Assembly (NCBI GenBank): GCA_951406725.2
Contig: OX597815.1
Coordinates: 91,016,001 to 91,080,000, forward strand
Source of the DNA: Octopus vulgaris
Lineage: Eukaryota
DNA: 64,000 nt
Direction: 5' to 3'
A program made the position numbers and the translations under genes. Below are positions 54,168 to 64,000 of the stretch, in pieces. Numbering within the stretch: position 1 is the stretch's first letter; each line of letters starts with the position of its first letter. The notes below the pieces were generated by a model, which was not told where the DNA came from, did not search any database, and worked only from the letters and a program-made list of their open reading frames with translations.

Positions 54168-55631
54168 AACTGGGGTTATTAAATTAAAATAATAACACAT
54201 GCCAAATTATTGCTTTCTTTTAATAATTCTCCACTATCGTTTAGATCGTGTAGATTCAGCTGATATTTGTGAGTTTATGAGATTTTTGTAATTTACATTT
54301 ATTACGTAATAGATTAGATATTTTATAGTAGAGTTCTTTTCGGGATGTGGAGTATATTATTTCTCGTAATAACCAACAGTTATATAGTTTCAATATATCT
54401 CATTAAGTTACTTTTTAAATATTTATATTGAGGTTATTATTAATATTGCCTTACACAAAGTTAATTATTTGCTGACTTGAAAGTAAATGTACTAGAAGTT
54501 TCATTCATATTTAACCAACAATGTTAATTATTTAGACATTACTTCAAACTTAGAAACCAGCTAAAATTATTAATTTCAGAAAGTAATATGCATTTCAGAA
54601 ACAAAAACAACTTACAGTACATAAATATATTCATTCATCTGAAATTATAAATATTTAGTGGAATTATTAGTTTTGATTTCTCTAGTGTTTCATATAATGC
54701 ACACTCTTTCAGCAGAATGGCCATGTATTTTAATGAAGTGAAAAAATGCAGTGATTTTTTAATGTAAATTAGTTGTATGAATAATTAGTTCATCCAAATA
54801 TATTTAATATTAATACATGGAGTATTTGAAATCATAAAATCATTAGGAATATACTAGAGTTTACTGAACCTTTAATTCAACATAATACAGGTTACAATCT
54901 TTGCATTTCTGAACTGAATAAATTGTTCCCTAAGGTTCCATCTTAAATATTAGTTTTCAGTTGAAATATATTTCTTTGCTAGAAATATTTCTTTTAACCA
55001 TTTAAAACTTACTAACGGCAGTTCTTGGTCCTTGTATGATTGAGAAAGAAACTTCAAACGAATCAAACGTATTTCTTTCTTTTTTATCTTGTGCATACGT
55101 ATATATTACATTCAATAGTAAATTATTTCGTATATAAATATAAGAAGTTATATTTCAGACCTATTATTACTCGAGAATTAATAATGTAAAACGCAGTTCT
55201 GATTTGTGTTTTATCAAGTTTCATAAATACGTATATTGATAGATAGGTGTGTATGTATATCTTAATGTGCGTCTCCCGTACAGAATCCTCTACACCATGA
55301 TCAACGCCTAGTCAGAGGACTTGATTTAAGTACAATTAATGATTACTTTGCCCCCAGACTGTGGTAGTCTCACGGTTGAAAGGATATTTAAAAGAGAGTG
55401 ATATTACGTAATCAGCACTGCCACAATATAGGAAATGACACTAGACATTTACACGTTCAATTTTTGTGGAACATGTACTTGAAGGATTGGTATGTACATT
55501 TAACAAAGCATATACAAATGAAGGAAATGGTTATCGTTGGAATCGCCAGACAGTCATAAGCAAATAAAGAGTACTTGTGCATGTATACATGTGTGTATAT
55601 GTGTATGTGAGTATGCTTTGTTTGTGACGTA

Positions 55632-56920
55632 CGAGGGGGGGGGGGTTCAATAAGTAATGCCCATTGACAGTGGTTTGATCTAGCTGAAATTTTTCATGTG
55701 CAATTATTTATATCTCTATAGATTACGTGGCAAATTACAGCTCTGAACTAATTGTGGTTTTTGATTTACAGGTGTTTGAACTGAGTCAAGTGTGAAATGG
55801 AGCATGTTGAGTGTTGAGCAGTGATCCGTTTTTTGTATTTGAACGGACGCACATTACGGGAGACTTTTGATGAAATGAAAGTAACTTATGGTGATGATGC
55901 CCCATCATATGACCTTGTACAACGCTGGCATCGTGAATTCAAACATGGTTGGAACTCTGTGGAAACAGCTCCCAGATCTGATCGCCCCCCTTCTGCCATT
56001 GATGAGGCATCTGTCCGTCAAGTTGAGGCTGCCATTTTGGAAGATCGACGCATAACTATTCGCCAAATAGCCCATGAGGTCAAGATTAGTACCGGGTCTG
56101 TGGAAACTATCATTCATGACCATTTGCATATGCAAAAGGTGTCTGCCAGATGGATTTCCAGGTTGCTCACACCTTTCCAGAAGCAAGAACGCGTTGAGAG
56201 CTCGAGGATGAATTTGGAGATGTGCCAAGAAGATGAGTCAAAATTTTTCAAAAGACTGATTACACAGGATGAAACCTGGGTCCATCATTATGATCCAGAG
56301 ACAAAAGCCCAGTCAATGCAGTGGAAGCACCGTGACTCGACTCCTCCAAAGAAAGCAAGGGTGCAGCCCTCCGCTGGCAAGGTCATGCTCACAGTCTTCT
56401 GGGACCAGGACGGAGTAGTGATGACAGATTTCCTGGCAAAGGGTACCACAATTACAGGAGCCTATTATGCTTCACTTTTGAGGAAATTAAGAGAAGTTAT
56501 CAAAATCAAGAGGCGGGGCAAGATCAGCAAAGGCATCCTCCTCCTGCAGGACAACGCTCCGTTTCACAACTCGCGTGTCGCCAGATCAGAAGCACAGGCG
56601 TGCGGCTATGAACTCCTCCCCCACCCCCTACTCTCCTGACCTTGCACTCTCTGATTTTCACCTCTTCCCAGCCATGAAGTTGTTTTTGAAAAGAAAGCGT
56701 TTCCCAGATGATGCAGCCTTGATTTCTGAAGTCACGTCATGGTTGGAAGACCAAGCTGGGGTCTTCTACAAAAACGGTCTCCAGAGCTGCATCAAACGAT
56801 GAGAGAAATGCGTAACTCTGGGTGGTTCCTATGTAGAAAAAGACTAATAACTGTGCCAAGTTTCGTTGATCTACTGCTATGGGAAGTGGTTCAGGGGCAT
56901 TACTTATTGAACGCCCCTCG
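55632..56920 (+). mobile_element. full-length mariner transposon
   Basis: TA-flanked. TIRs cgag(g)n-ttcaataagtaatgccc / gggcattacttattgaacgcccctcg; about 1.29 kb. Confidence 0.95.
55797..56847 (+). pseudogene. mariner transposase DD34D with two premature TGA stops (about 55815 and 56800) and a frameshift (about 56625)
   Basis: KVSARWISRLL, ITQDETWVHHYDPETK, SAGKVMLTVFWD, LLQDNAPFH and YSPDLALSDFHLF; 34 residues between the last two D. Confidence 0.95.
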
Positions 56921-57644
56921 TATGTACGTGTTTGTGATGTGTGTGCTTGTGTGTGTGTGGGGGGGGGGGTTCTTCATCACTAATCTTAGTTTTCTTTATG
57001 ATGTGCTTCTGGTGAGTGTTATAGCATTAGCGACGTTATTTGTTCATTCACCTGATGTTGCTGCTTTTGCTGTCTGTGCCATAATTACACTGAAGTTCAC
57101 CTTGTTTGATGTTCATGTCAGAGTTGTTATAGTCGTTGCAATTCTCTAATACTCAGATAATGATTATTACTTTATTACTATTCTCTAATATTAATGGTAA
57201 TGATTTCAAATTTTGGCACAAACACAGAAATATTTTAAAGGAAAGAACTTGTCTATTACGTATCATATCGACACCAGTACTTGACTTATAATGTTGGTGT
57301 ATGTGTGTGTGTTCTTGTGTAAAAAAAAAAGCTTCGACTTGTTACCCCTTTAGGCAAAACAAGGATCAAATAAATAGGTTTCGATACAATACGCAGTAGA
57401 TTGAAAGAAATATTGAGTTTGATATGATCGTCTCAAAACTTTGAACTCGGTACTCCAGCACTGTAACAAACTAAACAGAGATGAAAGTAAAGGGATATAA
57501 AATAAATCCAGTATATCTACATTATCTATGGTTTGGCTAATAATTGACTGTATTTGATAGGAAAGTAGAGCAGAGTTTGAATGTACTGGTCATAGATTCA
57601 TGTCGAAAGCCTCCCCTACCTAAAATATATAATATTAAAAAGAT

Positions 57645-57862
57645 TGAGGTGGCTAGCTGACAGGACCGTTAGCTTGCGGAACAAAATGCTTAGTGGCATT
57701 TCGTCCGTCTCTATGTTATGAATTCATATTCCACCGAGGTTGACCTTGCTTTTCATTCTTTTGGGGTTGATAAATTAAGTACCAGTTAAATACTGAGATC
57801 GATGTAATCGATTAGTCTCCACTCCCCAAATCTCAGGCTTTGTGCTTTTAGTAGAAAGAATT
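57645..57862 (+). mobile_element. SINE
   Basis: aaaatgcttagtggcatttcgtccg...ttttggggttgataaattaagtaccag...gtagaaagaatta. Confidence 0.8.
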
Positions 57863-60189
57863 ATAAAATGAATTTAATAAAACTGACTATAGTACCATAG
57901 TATTGCGTCTGTTTTAACGCTTCTAATGAATTTACAATGATATAATTGTCTTAGTTTTGACACGCAATCTCAAATCAAAGCGCTTTGGAAATAAGTTCAA
58001 AGAAATTTCTTTTTCTATTATTTGAAAGTATCTATAAGATAATACTGCACGAGACAATGAAAGCATAACTTTGATCCAATAATATAAGAAATGGTAGTTT
58101 CACTTATAGACCAGTCTATTTATAGGTTATCTTTGAAATTCTTCTTCATAGTTCACTTTATTGGAAGAGCGATATTATATTGATTTGGTTTCTGTTTCTT
58201 GACAGTCACAGAGAAATGAGAATGATACGTGCATGTGCTTTTCAGTCCAAAACTGATGGAAATGAACAAAATGAAATTCGAGTGTATTTTGATATTTGTC
58301 AGTTTTATTAATTTGTTAATACTCGGGCAGAAGATTTGTAGTTTATCCCAGTCTTCTGAGATCAGTATTTCGATTGAACATCTGTAGTCCTACTTTCGTA
58401 GGAAAGGAAAGGTTCCAGAGTGCAGCAGCTTCGAGTAGAAATGATTTTGGATACTGTTTAGGGATGAGTAAGTACGTAATATACGATAAGGACGGCTAGC
58501 GGAAGAAAGATTAATGTACTGGACGAGTTCAAGTTGCTGGAAGACAGGTCCTCAATTCAAGACATTAGAATAATGGAGAATAGTATTTTGGGGTCCATGT
58601 TTTTACTCTGTTGGTTAAAATCCCTACCACTCAGTCTCGGTTGTTTCTATGTGTAGCAACAAAAACCCTATATTTTTCCACCAGCTCCATTTATTTACTT
58701 TTATTTCTCAGTCTTCGTACATATCGTACACATATGTAATTACTTGTGATTGTAGGATATTTATATAGAAATGAGAAAAAAATACGTCTGTTTCCCTACA
58801 TAGCATGAACTGTTACTGTAAGAGTATTTGCTCGAGTTATCTTTTGCCTTCTCCAGGGGGACATGACTCCGGAGACATTTCAAGTGAAAGCAAAATTGAA
58901 TTTGTGCTTCGTTATGCCTTTCCCACCTGCTTCAGTTACATAAGTAGACTTATAGCAATGCCTTACGTAAAGTGAAATAGCTAGTAAGGAATTAAAATCG
59001 ACATTAGCTTACATAATACGCTACGGTACTTTCCAAGTGTGTATTTACAATCATCAATAAATATTTCAAATCGAATAACTATTCTATACTGAAAGTTCCA
59101 CTTGACCATCTACGTGCTTGCGAGCATATGCACATGTATATGTGTATATGCATGTACGCCGACACCAGCATAAAGAAACTTTTACGTTAAGTTACACACA
59201 TAACTGTGTACCTATATATCAATATCCATATTTGAGATTATATATATGTATATTTGTGCGTGTGTGTATCTTATGTGCGTATGGTTACAGTATACGTAAA
59301 AACGCTATTTCTATCTCGTTGCTCTTCAAGTTTACACATAACAATTTATGCGAGTAAATACGCACACATACATACAACACGTACAGACATATGCACATAA
59401 ACATAAATGCACAAACACACATTACATACTTAAAGTGTATCATTATGATTGTGCTAAAGGCAATGTTTCACACTATATAGCAAGCGATTTTTTAACGAAA
59501 ATAATCATTCTCTATTAACTTTTAAAATGGAAGTCAATGAGAAGAAAGTTTTTTTTCTCTGTCATGAATAGAAAATCATTTAAATATCTAATTAACAAAA
59601 ATAGTCCTATAAATTCTTTCTTGAGAAAGAATCTATACAAAACAATTAATTTCAAAGCATCATCTGTAATGTTGCGACACAAAGTAATTTGTTGTTTTAT
59701 GTTTGTTTTATTTTTTTATCATTCTCAAAGAGTTATTTCGATATCTGCCGAGGAATGGCGATCGGAAGAAAAGTTAGAGCGCCGGGTTAAAGATTCATTT
59801 TTTTTTAGTCTTTTAGTCCGATCGAGATAGACTACACCGTATTTAATCCGTATCTGATTTAATAAAAAGAAGCAACAATTAGTTTAAATTGTCAGTTCCA
59901 GATGTCACTGTTGCTATTGCTTAGCACCAGTTTGAACCTGATTGAACAGGTCTGTAGTCACTGACTTTCCATCCGGTAGCATTTCATCTATATTCGTTCT
60001 TTTAGAAGATAGTATAGCGTATTGTGTAAGGGAGATCTGCCTGCTAATTTTATATCGTCGATGAACTTACCTAGAAGCTGGCTCGTAGGCTTTTCAGTGA
60101 AGTTTACTGTATATTACTGGTATTTATTACATAACTTGCGCAACAATTCCAAAAGGACATGGTAAAAATAAAGCTAAGGAAATCAATAG

Positions 60190-60400
60190 CAGTATCGTTA
60201 GAATGACAGACAAAATGCCTAGTGGTATTTCTCCCGGCTTTCTACATAAAGAGTACAAATCATGCCGAGGTTAACTTTAAATTTCATGCCTCTGAGGTCA
60301 TCAAAATGAAATATCAATGAAGTACTAGTCTCTATTTAGTCAACTAGCTTCATCCTATCCCAAATTTCTAACCTTGTACCTATTAAGAGCAATTATTATT
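60190..60400 (+). mobile_element. SINE, highly diverged
   Basis: aaaatgcctagtggtatttc...gccgaggttaacttt...aaatttctaaccttgtacc. Confidence 0.55.
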
Positions 60401-60869
60401 ATTAAGAACAATTATTATTTTTAAATGCTGACTTGAAAGTAAATGTACTAGAAGCTTCATTCATATTTAACCAACAGAAGTTAAGAACGTTATGCTTTTA
60501 TTCTTAATTTTATTGGGAACTGAGAGGAGCCAATGTATCAACTATCTTTGCTATTTGAGAGATATATACGCGTTTTAATTAGGCATCTGACTGAATAAGT
60601 CAACATTTCCTGAGCATTAACATAATACCAAAGACACTAGTGACAGGGCGAGTTTGTTACAACAGAGATAGTGAAGTCTCTGTGGCAAGGAAATTACTAC
60701 GCTTTGTGAAACAAGAAGTGGCTTATCGGCAAACAAATACTTCTCATCAATAGAAGTGTTTCGAGAGTTTCTTGGAGTGCAAAGGCGACACTAACACGAA
60801 TGTAGCTAGTTTCATGGTGAGTATAAGTGGTGAAGGCGTTAGCAACACCAATAATAAGTGTTTTTAACA

Positions 60870-61255
60870 TAGGCACTAGGTAAGAGACTAGTACTCGACT
60901 GATACTTTATTTTAGCTACTCTGGTGGATTAAATGACAAAATTAATCTCTACGGAATTTGAAACCAGAACATAAAGTACTATAGCTGAATACTGCAAGGT
61001 ATTTTCTCTGGTGTTCTAAGAATTTGGCGAGCCCACTTCCCTTGCATTACCCATTAATCTTTTTCCTTTTTTATTATAGGATTCAAAGTTTGGTGGAGGG
61101 TGCTAGTCTATTTCATCAATCTCATATTTAACTAATACTTATTTCATCGACTCTGAAAGTTGACCTCGGCGGAATTTGAACTCCGAAAGCAAACAGACGA
61201 AATGCCGCTAAGCATTTTCTCCGGTGTGTTAACGATTCAGCCAGCTCACCGCCTT
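60870..61255 (-). mobile_element. two tandem SINE copies (60870-61045 diverged; 61090-61255)
   Basis: gttgacctcggcggaatttgaactc...gacgaaatgccgctaagcatttt...gccagctcaccgcc. Confidence 0.75.
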
Positions 61256-62767
61256 AGCAATATTAATTAATAAAAACAATCAACTTCAAAATAAAAAAAA
61301 AATAAACATGTACGAATTAATCAAAGGAGGGAGAAAGAACAGAACGATTAAGCGCAAACAGAAACAGAAACAAAGGACAACAACTATAGTGTCAATGCCA
61401 TGACTAATAAGAAGCGCACACAAGTCAAGGAGGGAAATTCTATGCAATTGCTCAACTGAGCCTATAGAAATAACAACCTAAAGCATCCTTAAAACAACTG
61501 AATATGAGGAGGTGAAAAGCAAAGGCATCGATACATCGATAACTGTTTTGAGGGAGGGTGTTCACCCCTAACAAAACCAACAAAACGCAGCAACCAAGTC
61601 AACAAAGGCATACTCATACACATGCTTTCACTATTGTTTCTCGTATTCAGTTTCATTGTTACTCATAAGCCAAGCATTCAGAAATATTTAATCCATTATA
61701 CTATACTTCACATTAAATCTCGCAACTGCCTTATAAAGCGTAGGGCTTTAAAGGGTTGGGAAGCATTGTAAAGATAAAGCCATAATCAAAGGTGTTTACA
61801 TCATAATTGGATGCAAAAGCTTTCATTGCAGATTGCAACAGCGTCTTAGAAAGAATTCTATAGAAGTTTATTTTCTTATTCTGAACAGCATGAATCAAAA
61901 GCCATATTTTACTGAACGTCTTTCTGTAATACAAAGATACTTTAACAAAATTCACATGTACACATATATCGACACAGAAATATATGTAGACGCGACCACG
62001 TTCGTGTGTACATTTTAGAAATTAAATTGTATGTGTATATATAGATACATAATGTGTATGCGCACGCACACACACACACGAACGCCGCGCTTACATGTTT
62101 TATCAAAGCTACGCAGCCTTCAATTTGAAGTTAGCTCAAAATCTTCCTCAATCCCTCTCTCGCTATCTCGCTTTCCTTTTACTTCAATTTCCCTAATATG
62201 TGTGTGAGTGTGTGTATGTGTGTGTGTCCGTGCGTGCGTGTGTGTGTATATGTATTATATGCATACAGAAACCTACATATATACATATTCATATATATAT
62301 ATATATATATGGTAATATATTTTTATATTGGCTCTTTTGCTTTTATAAACACTTAATCTTATAATTTCATTAGACACACAAATATAAATTCAGAATATTA
62401 TATATGTGTGAGTTTTCTCTGTGCATTTATAAATGTATCTGTATATATGCATATATATTTATGTGTGTGCGTATGCATCCCCATGTATACGCAGACTCAT
62501 CACATACATACTTAACACAACCATAGGGATGTTCCCTCTGACGCCACCACTTTCGGTGTTAGACATCTACTGCAGACATTGAACAAACGATAATGATTCT
62601 ATAATTACGTGAAGTAACAGAAATAAATCTATGTGACATTTTCTTTGGTGTATTTTAAAGTCTTTTACTGTTAATCTTGCTTTGGCCTAAATTTAGCATT
62701 AAACAAAAACGAATTGCCAATCAAAGAACTAGCAACAAACACCAGCAGCTACAAACGACAGCCACAA

Positions 62768-62768
62768 C

Positions 62769-62829
<61 letters not shown>

Positions 62830-62830
62830 C
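62768..62830. repeat. (GTA)n microsatellite
   Basis: Direct reading. Confidence 0.95.
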
Positions 62831-63199
62831 TGTTGTTGCTGCTGATGATCACCATCATCAAAATCATGGCATTAATAGTAATAACAACATGTCTAAAGCG
62901 AGAAGTATTCCTAACGGCTGATTGCAGTGAATATGACCTTTGTACGGCTCAAATATGTTCCAAACATTTGAACTGGTCAAAATGCTTATTTTCTCACAAT
63001 ACTACTTTCGCGTGCCTATTACAATATTTTCTTTACTACTGCAGAAACAGATTACAAAATGTGTGATAGCTTACATTAATAGAGAGATAATTGAAAGCTT
63101 TGATATACCTGGTATGAAAAGGCGATGCAGTCCCCAGAAAAATGGGTGTCTACCAAACCCCAATGAAGTAGTCTCAAAAATCCATAATACTCTGACAAC

Positions 63200-63960
63200 C
63201 AAGAATATATGCCTTCTTTCTCTTGGCTTAAACGTGCATGCTTGAGAGGCGGCATATTATCACCCGCTTTTCAATGCTTTTCTCCTCGAAGTGAAACTTG
63301 AAAACGTTGATAGAGGCTTGGTCGAATAGGAAAGCCTTCACTCTTAGCCTTTTCAGCCATGTGCATCTCACAGGAAACCTGCCTGCCTTTACCAGCAAAG
63401 GAGGCGGTGTGATCTTCAAGATGAACTCAACTGACAGCTGCATCTGTTCTTTCTACACGTGACTGTTGTTCGATAAAGCCCCATAATTCAATGCTTTGAC
63501 AATGAACGAATGCAGAAGTACTTCACCGTTCTGCTCACATTTCAAACAGACCTAGATGACAGCATTTTTCTACCAGTACAATTTATCTCGAACTTGTAAT
63601 AATTCCGTGTAGCACTAACAGGCAAGAGATTTCTGGGAGTTATCCTTAATTGCCCATTTAAAAGTTATTTGAAATAGAACAGGACATGACTTCCTGAAAT
63701 TGTCTTTTTAAAAGCATATTGAAAGCTTTCCATTTTTGATGGGTGGGTATATCACTTTTCACATTTCTTTCCATTATCTTTGATAAATTCCACAGCCACG
63801 GAGACACAGCATTTCCTGACACACAGCTATCACGCTTCCAGCTCCGAGTGAATGATGTTGACAAAATTTCTTCCATTGCTATTAACGATAATTACAATAT
63901 CCTCACTTAGGCAAAAGCACGTGTATTTGAGTGTTGTTGCTGTCCCAGTTGTTCTTCCAA
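63200..63960 (-). pseudogene. possible degraded non-LTR retrotransposon RT region
   Basis: Non-repetitive block. Fragments such as ILSTSFTRSWKRDSC and DN.RNLLPVS loosely recall the region before RT motif 1; weak. Confidence 0.2.
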
Positions 63961-64000
63961 ACATGTCGCTAGAAATCTTTACATTGCTATATTCATATAA

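Overview
AT-rich, microsatellite-saturated animal genomic DNA. The SINE families and simple-repeat content look like an octopus (coleoid cephalopod), which is my inference. No intact host gene is recognisable, and nearly all listed ORFs are translations of simple repeats. Identifiable content: a full-length IR/DR Tc1 (DD34E), a full-length mariner (DD34D), several mariner/Tc1 remnants and MITEs, a hAT element with 8-bp TSD containing a Helitron that itself contains a Tc1-like MITE, a Helitron PIF1-helicase 3' end, LINE fragments and about 15 SINE copies. The most striking signal is a set of 9 fold-back (long inverted-repeat) elements, nearly all inserted in or beside (TA)n tracts, together with about 10 sequence-divergent minimal type-I hammerhead ribozyme motifs. 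Most of these have palindromic stem-III loops, and one has a compensatory U3-A8 core. This points to a community of Penelope-like/retrozyme-type non-autonomous retroelements. There are also two apparent locally templated insertions and two weak host-exon candidates. All analysis was by eye; coordinates may be off by a few bases.
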